Positions 41,501 through 43,320 of a stretch of DNA of 64,000 nucleotides are shown here, in pieces (the stretch's first letter is position 1; every line of letters begins with the position of its first letter). The translations under genes and the position numbers were made by a program. Location: the NCBI GenBank assembly GCA_018780805.1, contig JADMJD010000079.1:10167-74166 (forward strand), given 5' to 3'. The DNA comes from Rubrivivax sp. (GTDB taxonomy: Bacteria; Pseudomonadota; Gammaproteobacteria; Burkholderiales; Burkholderiaceae_C). The notes below the pieces were generated by a model. That model made no database searches. It was not told the DNA's origin and saw only the letters and a program-made list of their open reading frames with translations.

Positions 41501-43320
41501 GCGTTGCTGGCCAGCACCTCCAGGCCACCGGTGGTGGCGTCGCGCTCGAAAGCGAAGCTGCCGCTGATCTGGAAGCTGTCGGCGATGCGGGCCTGCAGGT
41601 TCTGCACCGACACGGCAGGCAGGTCCACCGCCTCCAGCGTGTTGAAGGTGTGGCTCAGCGCGCCAGCCCGCAGCACGACACCCGTCTGCACGACACCGGT
41701 GGTGTTCAGGCGCAGCGTGGTGCTGTCGGCGCTGACCTCGGCAAACCCGCCGCCCTGCACATAAAAGCCGGTGGCACGGGCTTCCAGCGCATAGGGGTTG
41801 CCGACACCGGGCAGCACCAGCAGGCCGAAATCGGCGTCGTCCAGGCCGATGGCCACACCGCCGGCCTGCAACCGCACCGCCACGTCCTGGCCCACCACCG
41901 TGAGCCCCGCGGGCGATTGTGCAAAGCCCAGCGAACCCGACAGGCTGAGCGTGGGGCCGACGTTCAGGCTCAGGTTGCCGCTGAGGCTGGCGTATTCGCC
42001 CAGGCTGCCGTCGTCGTCGAAGCTGAAGGTTTCACCACCGGCAACGATGCTCTGCGGCTGCGACGTGAGGTTGACGCCGCTGTTGTTGGGCTGGCCGTTC
42101 AGCAGGCCCAGGCCGAGCGAAAAATCCAGCGCCAGGTTGCCCACGCCCACCGACAGGTCGGACGTGCCCGCGATGTCCAGCCCGCCGGCCGTGCCACGCG
42201 CCAGCAGCCAGCCGAGGTCGGTGCCCGGCGTGGCGGCGTCGATGAAGAGCAGGCCAAAATCGATGTCGCTGAAGGACACGCCGGGCTGGGACGCGTCGTT
42301 GCGGTCGGCGCCCAGGTAGCCGCTGCCATCGGCCACGGCCACCTTCCACAAGTCGTAGGCCTGCGTGGCACCGCCGGCGTCCAGCAGCACGTTGGCGGTG
42401 TAGCCCACGGTCAGCGCGCCGGACAGGGCCAGGCCGCTGCCCAACTCCAGCTCACCTGCGAAGCTGAAGCTCTGGTTGTCCTGGAAATAGTCGAAGTTCA
42501 GCCACTCGCCGGCACGGTCCAGCAGGGCCGTGGCGTCGTTGGAGACGTTGGCGCCCAGGCTGAGCAGGTCCAGCACGAAGTCGGTGGACGAATCCAGCGT
42601 GTGCGCCACCAGTTCGAGGTTGCTGCCGGCCTGGCGCAGCTCGAAGTACAGGCCGTTGCCCGCGTCCACCAGGCCCAGGCCGGTGGCAAAACTGCCGCTG
42701 ATGGCGCCGGCCTGCAGGAACTGGAAGACCTGGCCGTCCGTCGGCGTGAAGTCGTTGATCACGGCCACCTGCAGCGTGCCGTCCAGGAAGGCCGTGCCAT
42801 CGACCACCACCTGGTCGTAACCTGTGCCAGGTGCGGCGCCGCCGATCTCGATCAGCAACGTCGAGCCGGCGCCGTTGGAAAAGTCGGCCTGGACCTCGAT
42901 CAGTCCGGGCGAATAACCCGGCGCCAAGCGGCCATCGTTGTGCAGCGCCAGATCGAACACGCCGCTGCCGGCCAAGGTCTCGTTGGCGGCGATGGTGAGC
43001 GTGCCGTCGAGGTAGCCGCTGCGGGCAGCCAGCTGCGCGGCGTCGAAGGCGGTGGCATCCACCGCAAAGGTCTGCGCCAGCGACGCCGCCGCGGCACTGC
43101 GCAGAGACGCCAGTTCGGCCGGCGGCAGGCTGGTCTGCGGTGCGTCGGGGTGGTCAGGGTCGTAGGCGGTGCTGAGGTCAGCCTGGCCGTCGCCCGGCGG
43201 CACCAGCAGCGCATGGGCGCCGCCGAAGATGGGGTCGGCCGACAGCAGGACACGCGGCTCGAGGGGCTCAAGCCGGAAGGCGTCGCGAACAGCGCTGGCC
43301 AGCCTCCTCAACGCAGTCAA
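5512..43320 (-). CDS. Giant 12,602-aa LEPR-XLL-leader secreted/surface protein (mosaic repeat adhesin-like)
   Basis: Single uninterrupted 37.8-kb ORF. TTG start with GAGG 7 nt upstream and an in-frame stop just upstream. N-terminal FRLEPLEPRVLLSADP. Contains RTX-like GGxGxD nonapeptides, DxNxDG Ca-loop motifs and several repeat families. Ends FDYWEDSLVL. Confidence 0.93.
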   Translation of the reverse strand: MTALRRLASAVRDAFRLEPLEPRVLLSADPIFGGAHALLVPPGDGQADLSTAYDPDHPDAPQTSLPPAELASLRSAAAASLAQTFAVDATAFDAAQLAARSGYLDGTLTIAANETLAGSGVFDLALHNDGRLAPGYSPGLIEVQADFSNGAGSTLLIEIGGAAPGTGYDQVVVDGTAFLDGTLQVAVINDFTPTDGQVFQFLQAGAISGSFATGLGLVDAGNGLYFELRQAGSNLELVAHTLDSSTDFVLDLLSLGANVSNDATALLDRAGEWLNFDYFQDNQSFSFAGELELGSGLALSGALTVGYTANVLLDAGGATQAYDLWKVAVADGSGYLGADRNDASQPGVSFSDIDFGLLFIDAATPGTDLGWLLARGTAGGLDIAGTSDLSVGVGNLALDFSLGLGLLNGQPNNSGVNLTSQPQSIVAGGETFSFDDDGSLGEYASLSGNLSLNVGPTLSLSGSLGFAQSPAGLTVVGQDVAVRLQAGGVAIGLDDADFGLLVLPGVGNPYALEARATGFYVQGGGFAEVSADSTTLRLNTTGVVQTGVVLRAGALSHTFNTLEAVDLPAVSVQNLQARIADSFQISGSFAFERDATTGGLEVLASNASVWLAAGEVLAGVSNAGVALQMDATTGAISLIEAQGTASVVAGDAFSATATAQLRWNASGVDASNRAMEVVDQTFTFAADFGVGLQQLELTGANLVVGDFVSAQGNFAIRRDGGNVTLAGGEVVAADWLTLGASGVGLTAGIPDGPGLVLGGVEFALVLASARADTTRSWTGLQASAGSVSLTGVADVTVQGSGLSVALNRAGRLGDAVIDFDATGLVIPTGDANGFDLDLKTALTRVSGTLEIDLFGFVQIDGSFGFERTTADLTLANAEVVADADLLTIGASGMSGFAGLNGETPEALGFTLDELNFALALWTDPNNPARGWTSLQATAGSVSFSGIEGFTLRADELALALNQASTLNDSVADYSAGATELQVLTGADPISLGLDGALGELLQASGTITVDAFGFFRVTGSLALEKSSGSVELSDGSSVAVDRLLLGGQGLSAFAGINGQSEEAKVGLELNGVRFALALFGEQGGALRSWTSLEADVGSASFVGVDGLTVGVTDVHVELNQIDGAATGPVVAYGADATVLTVVTGPGAQDSLTLGMAGGDGELLRVSAEVEIDAFGFFQVGGSFGFEKRDGQVTLADNPDTAGVDESAAPVEVSLLLVGAANASAFAGINGGEPDAIGLTLGNIGFGLAMVSERLPANAGVGTPARSWTSVQSQGGTAAFAGVEGLTLAARDLLLNINQAAADGSVIDYAAGATTLAVPTGTGTSLALDMDGSRGPLLEVAAELEIDLFGFFQVEGDFALVRDTRSVTLAGGEVVAVDSLTVGASGVDAFAGVNGHSAERLGLSLTGVEFGLALLSARADPARGWTSLQADVGDASFVGVDGLTVGVQDLRVELNQAGVLGDAVVDYTATAFSVATGASSSLDLAMDGADGDLLRATGTLDLDIFGFVQINGDFGFEKRSADVTLAGGEQVAVDLLAVGASNVSAFAGLNGGSDDRVGLALSGVEFGLALMSSSTTPTRSWTSLQASVGSASFVGVDGLTVTVEDLALEINQAGTLGDAVVDYTASPLTLPTGTSSDLTLAMDGDDGELLRATGTLTIDLFGFVMLDGDFGIEKRDTTVTLADGNDVDVGLLTIGANNVSAFAGLNGGTDDALGLALADTSFALALASSRAEPTRSWTSLQANVGSAGLVGIDGFALQADTVSLEINQAGRAGDVVIDHAATALEVLTGPSSSIVLDMDGADGELLRASGELTLDAFGFLQLDGGFAVEKKSSDLTLSDGSTAAVDLLTIGGGNVNAFAGLNGGTADELGLKLEDVNFAIALMSDPVGTPTPRQFMGLQAEAGSVSLVGIDGFEVGATDLVVQINRGVAGVGGAADLVVDFEAAPLAVLTGPDGTLDLTLEGSLGQVTRAAGTVTLDVFGFVMLEGDFAFQQSSAALVLADGEQVQAQLLTVGGSGIQAFVGINGGTDDELGVKVENAGFAVALMTDSGNPARKWTAVQAEASSVSLVGIDGLTLSGNNLTVAINRAAVLGDQVVDFADGATDLAVRTGPDSEFQLDMAGADGPSLKAAGNLQLDVFGFVQLSGDFAIEQRSQAVVTAEGETLQADLLTIGASSVNAFAGLNGGTDDALGLQMDDVGFAVALVSEQAGAGVATPRKWTVLQATAGSVGLVGIDGFVLNANNLDVQVNQAGLPGQAVLDFVDGATVLNVSTGPDAEDVVAFGMDGAEGELIRAVGEIEIDAFGFFQVDGGFAVEKKSGSVVLANGNTVAVDVLTIGASNVNAFAGVNGGTDDAIGLQLTGIDVGVALFTSQATPAAKWTTVQANADSVGFVGISDLLPTVQDLRVELNQSARPADGVIDFAAQNFEVATGPDSSLLLAIDGGVGQVIRAEGQITLQLAEFAYLSGRIGFEKYTPTAPITLRTPTGVATQVTPTSMLAITGRDIDIFVGWADGGVDTSRTFAEQAGNLYGFGVEGADFGLLLTKAGGQSYTTLKARLETVALYGFDPDDFQLSATGFTLEINRADPTGKSIDFLASYGEDGLALGFEGQVVLDFEAGDRIGVFAEEATLTISEFLYFRGGIGFQKADYANTLRTGPGQIVSQARGFSIGGSDIDAFVGYADGGIAPDQPFADQADNLFGFGIEGLTFGFLSVRDGGGRTFQSLKASADTVAIYGFDPSDFQLSALDLRIEYNSGIAGPGGLVQALDFTATGGGELAIPTGGDDVVLDFKGERLGLFAGLATLSISNFVFVQGAFGFQKSTITGLKNQLGLPLLNTRGFSVGASNVDVFVGYAENGIDRSKTFSEQADSLFGIGIEDISFGLLMAKAGGVSYTALQASSANAAIYGIDPDDFELSVQGVQVTLNTVTGSPYAIDFAASGGYAVPTGADPVVLDMSGPVVGAQLTGATLRIADFVEIQGNFGFLKGEASGIGVTGPLGVGFTDVKARSIEIGATDVNAFVGINGGSDDAIGLVIEDLDFGLGLFTTVFDPLSPDNALVPAGTRFTALKAAAGQIAFVGFEDFVELSLQDLAVDINLSSNPLYIADFTQGGTTEGYEIATGGEPLLLDFTNSLISATVGQATANIAGILSVQGGLAFQKRVVEDVTFHGPGIELQTNADALVIAGQDVYAFAGINGPYRTDSNNDGVIDDNDAPNDDAIGFAIDDLDFAFAMMSPLLPGGVTIPGNFFALSASAGLAGLVGTDPFLTAQATDVVLEFNGAFVGKIPLPAAYVDFSTMDGGGLAIPIGSDAEALRIDFDSNSLRIGMTATLGLFDLFTISESFDFEFELPDTGSLIPSISLSKLTGFLPDTLPGFDFLDGALDFVKDIQLSIGFNPDIGLTLFGSISLPDLSLNIGDFFYLNGDFQLNLGDTFTGSMYTGLPKELSLIETLLGDEAQQIIDLLKSVGQLSDDYSRLGGVTFNGLSFGASDVNVFIGVGGPDWDRPFSEQDDLVGFGLQDVSLGLGVFKAQLTGIQTQNFYSLTLEAAEVGTYGFGDLLTIRATDVTVEVNSGGKLFGGLMRSTADYTTVKTLDANGNEVTGYAIKTGGDPVTLSFSGPEIIGIDIGLAEIAVADFLFLRGSLAFRQGEVYDVTVNLGGLATLAEDLGLENGEFPLQVVAMTLGGANLSGFAGIGGPYRFGEDADGDGLLDQINEGAAGLVVDDVDFGFALFTPAIGKAIPGLEQYTPRFMATKAYVGQAGLVGIDPDLLSIRAEDIEVNINSFYVPGVPPPVNLAIQLFGPPSIDFPSSPSFKDFSEDLNANDVLDAGEDRNQNNLIDRAGFALPAGGNNMIFIDFDEEIVQAKVGYAEINLGGFIQLSASMAFTKRGSETVRLSNGDETIVTSLAIGINDAYGFVGFGGYWQDSNGNGRIEETDSPDTSAVGVVIEDLDVGVIVAKELVISGSGVSVGVYLAAYADVDRVGLVGVPEVTLEGSLQLEVNSGIRFFLGAGQFTTDPLTGAVAQNSDVEVSFGFEVIDFSAATWTNSQGVISPGYGIETGNPDEPIVLMYDELFLRIFGEAELDVAGLVLLTGVIDLRLSASQGLQVFADVNARIGSASAPILQTQATGLLVIRDGIAMRLEISTQLDFGDVAELNAELELTMNSFGTDIIYEVPEAFLDKVDFPVYEIPATPPGKPNWTGPYVALTGQGDLNLLDGLLVMQGDFAVIVSTSGAEIGITAQIDLPVLEPLSVTGTLGIVPAGLYGSLEIGGGGAEGKILDAGVFSISGRFLLQINTTAESQQVRGRDAQGNVFDANGQPVIVTLTPQMLRLSGAASVAIGPISLEGKVDLLIDRNGFQAALNVTLDLGDFGELAFDGAAAIGTDANGDAFFALRVATNMEFGVSSLNVKAAAILQINTSSLDYTTLAGQVIAGDTLFDLALDGGIKLLAFDITFGGRVSIVEEVFRLEFNGGLNFFNALTIDIGGFIQSDGQFEITGSASINIFLGPLHLEAGMSLTLSSKPRFAAKAYGSLDFEIDFGFFEIDFTIAGFYGEIDITPAAAYLAARVTVMGITVGGSYIWRFGDPPDISHLDADGTLYLHMGDQSGRYGSGDLYDDITLEAFNIDQDGNTLTVRSLGETDTYNASQVRRIVGYGGSGNDFIYVGPSVQAELDFDGQAGNDKFLILGGASSSQIRGGAGKDAFVGGSSNGLRFWGGDGDDSFIGGDGSEIVDMGAGNNTMVGNGGQDVFTVGAGENTVAGGAGNDTVYLSAGGLLTVLGGEGFDRVIVAPVSTTAPIQLSTAKLELQTSAFQRTVQFAGVDRIEVTDQNTGGTTLVTADNTTWGDTDLVLDAAGVVDIRNARLVAPDAMFSVSATGIHGEFDTRLAELSVLLRGTPDGAFGDIVVREDDSLTIVSDGRAGGGLATATGGVDVRLAGREALFSHDSGLISTGPGRSLLLVADDIDLRAGNDTVRGDGTLTIRTEQARQGYRIGSAGQSEFGFDFSDGGRTGYMELGMRDLSALRDGFAAVTIGHRGLGVEMAIGDVADSIIRGFSFSARFDDTTLLQADRVTVVGNVRASGTLDIEAGLLEVQRQNIHDLLGAASVSVQARVLNLSVDEQLIVSGTLSGEDRLNIVVDGTTGLGALVSYGDGANSFTSDTSALIRTLNDNATLNIVTSKSIYNAGTVALNGARSVMDIQAGTGFTLLEGSALVAEAADGRISVAADRHVHLNPGSAIISGGRFVTGSAPVITGPNAVLEIRTEGEMLLGGVITSAGQMTLEAGEVQDDLADYFDRLPGVELAATADASTVASILAGLGAGNVSAALRALLADQSLALGDSAGVVAVGDYRPFSELRPLQQFQIAQSLGYTVFADGAFYNDVSGVIREALIAGPVVGYDPAAVAWGDAGRPANGTPFADLNGAQKVAVAQHLGYTTYTGGVYYKADAGPQEEALRTGFLQGFSADYSNDLIDWAGAGVAAPAGDPSFAQITTAQKLVVANSIGYRFDWGTISSERWIGNSTVDYASVPRSVWIDASTANFSVLIEAGVWGQAGVPGPGTAYADLTSAQKAVVDANFSFEPAAGTDYDDLTGDQREVVDNLVRPGLDVLFKDLTAAQQAVVVAYIDGLYAAGKGDQVTFYNYDGPSGEKLVTGFTEGRVTQYRNSDIFWGDAGAPADNASFESLTADQKRVVAHALGYEVIDGTAFYTADAPEGLQLTLGFTAGGADYDIRTIDWGGVPAPAADASFEDLTPTQRDVVLAMLGYTEVDRQLFLNPSAPTPDKQVVDDLQEGVNGDFLINDIEWGRVAKPALGTAFAEMTRAQQDVVLATLGYERWSGLVYEKPGAGSERYRLSFTEGSDYTNENVVWSLLEIPDAGTSFDDMTAAQQYRVLSQSGFAEYNLPVFYKAGADQPVRTSFVQGLEYTNAGAGTAEPNRWLIDDGANRYLVYAYDETLDGVIDEIRVQELHPLFGQRGAGFLLTGTVNTLQDDADFVVSTVDDIIVRGNFNLLGAGSDLVLESQRWVYWEGQANVNGDITLIGRGAPSLGQPGEGLSVYVHPSSTLNTTAPGADIHIEGARDVHLLGALVAGGSISDKNIQWAGPDSTVTLIAGEQIRIDTAVAASQAVLLSTTGAPGADDEGFGLVLGSAGGLTAAGLTSDGSGGRVEADIVGGITLAGRIIAGGTVTQVFNDDTGRLESESIAWSDEASTVRLAAQGQLWLGGLTRAVSGATVEVGATVLSNMHIALIGGANADGIGVLIPGAARVIVSDPDGDILVQAQQDAVVNGWLVAGGELVDAYDAAGFYLGSTLRNFAGNSSITITAEQQVRLGRDVVAGRTIDVRGGYEAPVNDPDDPFASYGMVLGGNVSLSTWMDDSTILLSAVGDLAVLPPAWTQELIADGFAELANGRLTADAALQISVVMGSWTATATVLVTAASTQDNQGLASLRDDLQAAILAASFVVSATQGSPALNTPATLTSADRPTVRLDEGRLLLTGSRAFSIAAANEGGAERLGFTQVGSTPTGGALASARAYAIDAIGVGSVVQLGRAGAAGGEIVISNAIRAHTAIEMYASTTDAGAPAVRLTASGLLETLSGGMRLTPYGAAVFEGELIARGSDADIVITAADTLELRGKLTAQRNIIISAGTVQAAGEVSLRTVGTSSLSTLDAGARIVLTGLNDVVIDSEVGTGSPGLERLEIGSQTGTLTIAATSGQLETGGLIELYGVNVDVAGTVRSLGATAASYDDEVILRAEQDLLLHGDFEFAGSVLATAGDDIEAWNTSLSAQATGQRLTMRAGDAIEIGARNATPNAALLEADALVRLTAGGRITVGDAGQLYSTGENSRIELEAQTLRISGALRAGADAADADSSWAWSGRGAVIDLAAQRDIVIGNSGSGIGGELAATGTIALSAGTSAAGMGIDMTTGSRIVADASGDGRWPLAADQLGDGLVSLLADGDIRLMGFVRAGDEGPADAAYADAGADVAVQSRAQVRIGGLVSAADRLEVFGGTDETGIAIVVDTLVLVGGQRQSGGTLDTDAGGDILLGAIDSILIEGVVGQLSGEGDLGDQGKVSTLVIESIAGDLTLRRDINVADSVEITSGNLSLLNGSHVFAVADGSTARLEARTRLYVAPDDLVSDPVRVTIVQADRLVHLMAPDIQIDGFVEAKGADGRLLLSAANSVLIGGTLGAGRRIDVHVGVDLSRGRDALEAVDSNGVSAIGAADVFGGDITILGRGLLDTDGDLRLVAGGDITLDAGTAVGPERELKIQITTTQNQDVEIVTGYRQEAVGTVDVPVVTWETTEVTEQVGTELVKAGSEYWTMNVTLSQIGYYNPKTNSFREVLIEGLDYSNDGRNNLPSINWSNAGDEFNPGRQVTGAGIPSGDYTNQNYRPFQALNDAQRWAVMNSLGYKPLYDFGYNTAVKHVTLNGSVTATAATPTWDDPQNVDKIYFIDISGWRDKFVLMPKGAQEDILAVATNDQARFLVNDPSRDGESTGGTWKYANQIDEDDPNDPNDSFELKGELVGRYKDDGKVQYTQSASFLRNSGNIDDPNLQDPNRVSIDGDNSAAYWTVNYGGGGQRYYEITGQSVAGLDGDFSDDVVRDPNWAWNPGSYGNGSDSPYTGARGQNFGQTHAIYAPNNYLGALDTVTGTTQSLVLEGGNPTTRTPSWNGVSGAVGAVQNNGNAIFTAWEHGVGSGFGNTWIGNVSWVGSGPNDEHSSIQFYSTTYRVDGYQHIDYGGVRDPYYGTGNVVRNDDYSSYKAWGYHYETYNDYRYTWTSTYANVYDQRIQLSYTLTTQSQDIVDYRPVYQTTVQEVMVTQYQSVTVWQDVPNIVIQSQLVTTVQEIDAGARNYSSSDASLNAGNILLDAGASVRLSGRISASDFLQVNAGSEVALRGELLSDDPGAARRATELLGNRIELHSGIVTRVDDSTVLGGTQVGTQGAASILLTTDGDLLVGGQIMADSGVLGSVTLRADGEIGLSGAITASSITIEAGAVTRDANNNIVDGRGAGGIDIDSDSRLAALAGDLTLMAGPYAGSIRLDGAALSASGTVSMTAESGQILQTFFTDADGDVVTDDFGNPAINGLVSGAVLRAQAETGIVLATAVQRIEWARLSGAGNIDLVNQVVVPVGQVATSADYQLTLDQVRVADGFIRIKSFSSVTATLLRADGSTDNNDIFLSVYQAGGFRSDLLLGQVLTNAQRGDIFIKAEGEVRSSLGGVIQAEELSVVSGRQDDDGTAGHIGIVDINSDVSVLLLQTVAFAQVNIQQTDTRLLVRSAVVADGSFRLTGQGVVELGSVRVSSNRDQETAGTPTAEIEVEAAGDLLVRFVSAGVFYNNAGEAPQVRLPDGSFAAPTVVSSAGDVTLRSTGGSVLESVLDDGVDVVADRLVIEADTGVIGLEIAANTLWVETSGGNIQLFESDGALESQLGLDVLRATSANTLAGTTRVELQAVNTLRVGSIASDDNFIEGLVRGNSIRLASTDASVIVPFAMDNGDDALQYTRGVAFVAGETVQLYQFFEADEWMEYRAQDYFVFGSGVGTGIDADTTRMLPTVLAADTLILETGGTLSITGSISANRRLELIAGESVLITGLDDNTPAQILHKASYFGGTSAGSNIDVLVITARGDAASRSGRDYDGDGEFSSVLHETTEGANDYNNDGDTQDTLSEIDLDLDLNNDGDKLDLLIEGGQQIDYNGDGDFDDVIEEWAGGANNPNANTDTGDILLRLGSLPVDSFELRASGNIRLDVATSLELRGFVGGLTGFDAARNVRLDILGELKLFGGIVSAQTPADGQPVPEGTGALVVRATTLSADAASVFIADRLDILTTGSIQANTLINTLVAVSTGTGNITIKEAGELTVELISARTGSISVEAGGSVNVDQIVNFTGGHGISVRANGLLSIDSIEAGSSDGAQKVAGSTVYLDANDGNASTVDIVEWLDRGDNAEEQGAADVYAYSLTVLGNAVTKRLDGAGDRGTGTDLDLRYSGSLTTGETEITEEGVINGSLGVQTAEVDAVSTAGIDRAQSSRVVFGGLATDGMVYSVTLAGQTFRQTISVAGDFATALEFDAMLAGLEAQISAGGPYTVSVGSDDALTITATTPNQAFTVAAEVREFVTTPLDTADVVENDGATPLVAAGFVRDERRTVTLADDIPVNAGKTYSVVVNSSTYTASFGETLGGFTVADARTLVAVLGLKIEAGQDLQAGERTVHLSAVTVTNGAVYSITIAGTTFQYEAFLTAEGGDSAASIATALAGLVDASAPYNAYAQGDVVVVTGGVGNSTSITGSTGITVDSTPRVLRLQAEVGNTSFTIGTISATDSVDAPVQVQNADNNQPDIWRVTFSPNPLPNVSYSINLEGQVYTVNSGNGPTNASLANLFADAMASDPTANATVDGSGRLVLTGVADDVDFNVSATATITKSSGVGTTARVQDPGTNSTQISQFQFKDAPLGVADVVSVTVNASVFSYTVAQGDGWDEVIDGLIDAINDDTSLAVTAAAGVPDRAVRLTADQQNTGFSVSGMSVLDAIDRTAAGASVSTSTPTPAGILSRQISTLDFSAFVGDLATGDLFTLTVGTTAFEIELGVDAAVDWAGLLQEMADLATGTGEVTAAFDANARTLTLTAVNNNDPFAVGAGSRSAGLATEVPLDGDSVLILPDRDPGTVAYRALGGSLSVVLLQTHAGDTITLRADESLVVVDALNTGSTGIVTLSAGNSLTLGDTVTAQRLNVAAGDDLNLQTRVGVLEVTLDSDNLPSGQFSDFALEQNLAREDLDITRLVMDGGNVTITVDGNLDLSGLTGSVGRMTLIATGSITLSGTALIGELVLQAGTTVQADIDATTLDARAGGAVTIVDATGLTITRLESTGAAIDITAGLDLLIEAPLATLGGAAISLRSTAGLIDLRQALTTVGGAVTVVAGNGLFMNELADITTLGGNVLLNAGAGGLQMNASTYVDARVSDPDPNDSIVPGGTLTLLATDSILLGKLRTTSTADVVITTGGVVDVGEGDIDIVAPLARLVITSDAGIGGTIGIGDDGNPLEVQVRSLWLENSGGGDISIEEVDGLDIESIRQNAEGQNSNGPTPQTSAVRIVTRSGDLTVLGAEDGGSGVVSTGGPIVLYAGQGSLFIGADVVSGGGNITLTAEAGDLVLADGVNANDSSDDIGGAILLRAVQGSILTDLAAAQWRGFDSADGFAASLEWALSKGRFEVFANSGLVLAANLTPDEEVFQGISNGTVLRRAGGAFVETVGGQLTLTALNQVGEAVEGFRYSPLAIFVNAGSVAAVSSERDTVAVVAAGAVSLGTGGSSGSRAGSTDVISLAGKQVIDAAVDADGEDVGVAADDVDILAPMRSAGGTLSFRTIAADGSIVLGSLSGGNGARVFSMADGSAMHLDATDMANLRDGFAQLVFGANGNAQVVMVMTADGSAITMRDDVVFFTNGDGGHVMIGAHFLAPSLTIFGSGDTTAVVADVTATAGDVTVLDSIRVDGERVITAQGGDILLGGANTHYLGGDSAGRDTLTLLASAGNIRVASRIGGGDEGSDALQLLRVQGAGDVSFDQDIVVDGDLIIDATGLVTFNGSITLLNGGDLIIRGATQILLRGGVNLQGTAADGSAGDILLEADEIDLSMSEQQLAGSGLLTLRSTTVSQGIAVASPAGVATNGVLNLDMADIRTFGDGFSRIVIGHQGNDGHALAGSGAVTVGARVDADSLTFRDSVALFGSTIAVADYSQAAAVLRLGAGATLTLDAVSVITIANQIEADAVYLVSATSSVRQIDAAADGLLGEAIRTAALTVDTLEGASLGSLEAGTLDAVNRGNGDFFFSQLAARDTLRFSSAALDGTLTVLRLAQLSAQGSGNIDLRAAAGGLVVDAAGSGVWTAGSGSITLATAGAAEQAPDLLLAQTLQTTSGGLTLELAGALSTTGAGRITLAGNGALNITTGGDVHIGADVVAAGGLVTITAGGSLVMDDGTTVSSLGSTSTDARRVVMESVGDMRLSIVSADQSLALTSTAGALRDGLTGDAANLRAPTARLAAATGVGEAMAALRTTLQTVGASNSSGNSGIGGIFLDETDALSFVGGGLAADGGRIVVTLRTGDLTVNQSITSSAATDGGVQLQVLGAGAHILLQANVVSDSGDLRLLATGDVQLAAGQRAQTKNAASLLEVVAGGQLLMAPDARLVSAGGAQRIEAMGGVLIGQFSAGTGTVSVSTGGAIVGADTGGVVHVAAGQVSLVAEGGIGSGTAAIETAVNVLAASSDTGSIFLAEGNGLVVGTVGSVSGATSGVDGAIVISNGNTHEGRFVVDADVVAAGSGNILLAANSAAPAVPGDIDINATVNAGTGAISIVAEGALLVSATGRVLTQGNTLDLRAGGSITLDAAAVLASGGGDVRLAAGTDLTVGGITAGELSLVAGGAVLSSSTVTATQLRVQAGGAVTVQLDTDVLAVSAGGAVSLTTAGDLLIGSAGPISVAVVLADGTLAAEALTDAVLGGLQAGGALTLQVAGDVLASGGGALDLAASGLSGSVGGSLQAVRDGDLVLGDLSVGGDLSLVLTSGDLSLAADAVVATAGGSIVLQVQAGDLTMAADSSLRSGGGAIQLQATGDISLGGVDAAVATITVTAGGHIGDAGGDGVNLRGQALILSAGAGIGAWGDGLRTEAGSLQAAAGSGALVLSDVDALTVTGASADGAVQLASGGTLSITGAVTAGTDLSLSGAALDIGAPLQAGGAIALAADGALQVAAAVNAGGSLTLSGVDILIDAALVAAGDLAITGSTLTLNGDLQAAGDLHLTALGDLLATGHLAAGADLLASASTIALGGDMQVGGRLVLTATQALTLGGEVAVAGDAAINASTLELAGTLDTAGALRLQAESSLRIGGTVLSTGTLVATSGGSLTLDGSASARGSSHLLLASAGALQINGSAQTQAGHLSASAGGDLQLNGLVGTGDAAGTVVLSAGGSLRFGSDGLLATLGDALVEAAADIQIGRVTTPGDLMLVAAGWIIGSSGQRVAAEGLLMQAGQGIGSSAARVETQAGTVSARAGAGGIWLQEADAIRVHDVAVRVHRVGSDGVAGAALDFLQSDLITTSGNGSIGLRTLDGSIDLLDGSTPSDGRAITAHGSGHIELSAGGDGAVLDVRGDDITQEGPVQIDSDLRIQGDFVVRAGTGEGTGDGAILIDGAIDGNPGGAPDRLELHADGAPVVVTGAIGATTPLDGLLIDGATDVTLAQVTLNGNLVIEASGVVTLTGPIVLNGGSLTITGASRIVLGDVVLASGDLVLSADALQFNGSVRGSADAQVLLTPTTAGATLTVGAAGDGLVLTAGTLAALQGFGSLQLGDASSGALVIDTATLSSLVLDQLNATGSRIELSGRGSVDASVVLTSRGAISMAPGALLATGNHELTLCAAGDLAIAELDTGSAGLVLVSGGRISDADRDSATNVRAAWLVMRGLGPVLGAGQSVAMDAIDVEANRVDIDADGGLILRDSTADGRTRYNLLKDGVLHQQIEAQGPSTRAASGGDLSSGDAAAAAAWLNALRPLAELRDSDTRARSALAALDGDRALPAGSAAAAYLATLTADPLPGATIDPAMAIDAGLSVEAFGLASRLAQGWVLGSASQQPAATGLGSLGSDRFDYWEDSLVL
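7720..8350 (-). repeat. Short-period (~19-21 aa) beta-helix coil repeats
   Basis: Run of L-x-[IL]-x-G-x-[VL]-x-A-[GA]-G-x-L-x-L units (GGTLSITGAVTAGTDLSL, GALQVAAAVNAGGSLTL, TLTLNGDLQAAGDLHL, TLELAGTLDTAGALRL). Confidence 0.7.
14491..16308 (-). repeat. Six ~85-100-aa beta-beta-alpha-beta repeats
   Basis: Shared pattern Y/F-S-V-T-[LVI]-x-G-x-x-[FY]-x-[YF]...[helix: A-x-x-L-x-x-x-I]...L-T-L-T-A, e.g. YSVTLAGQTF...LTITAT, VSVTVNASVFSY...LIDAIN...VRLTAD, FTLTVGTTAF...LTLTAV. Confidence 0.7.
17269..17472 (-). repeat. Four clustered D-x-[ND]-x-D-G-[DE] Ca-binding loop motifs
   Basis: DYDGDGE, DYNNDGD, DLNNDGD and DYNGDGD within about 68 aa. Confidence 0.75.
25640..27310 (-). repeat. About 10 copies of a W-G-x-x-x-x-P...F-x-x-L-T-x-x-Q-x-x-V-V-x-x-x-L-G-Y repeat
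   Basis: Examples: FADLNGAQKVAVAQHLGY, FESLTADQKRVVAHALGY, FEDLTPTQRDVVLAMLGY, FAEMTRAQQDVVLATLGY. An isolated copy (FQALNDAQRWAVMNSLGY) lies at 21142-21204. Confidence 0.85.
29040..29400 (-). repeat. RTX/haemolysin-type Ca-binding nonapeptide repeats (internal)
   Basis: GGSGNDFIY, GQAGNDKFL, GGAGKDAFV, GGDGDDSFI, GNGGQDVFT, GGAGNDTVY plus degenerate copies. Confidence 0.8.
31300..41230 (-). repeat. Tandem array of about 19 beta-rich repeats of 154-180+ aa in the giant protein
   Basis: The marker [RK]-[SGK]-W-T-x-[LV]-Q-A-x-x-G-S recurs at 40990, 40528, 40054, 39520, 39049, 38581, 38113, 37639, 37159, 36673 and 36193 (period mostly 462-486 nt). Diverged copies lie at 35680, 35170, 34657, 34144 (510-513 nt), 33598, 32725, 32095 and 31429. 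Confidence 0.9.
42600..43020 (-). other. N-terminal beta-rich domain of the giant protein (LAPGYSPG...GYDQVVVDGTAFLDGTL)
   Basis: The G-x-LAPGxSPG...GYDQ-x-x-V-x-G-x-A-x-LDGTL pattern resembles the beta-helix cap domains I recall from autotransporter-passenger and PEP-CTERM-type proteins; recognised by eye. Confidence 0.55.
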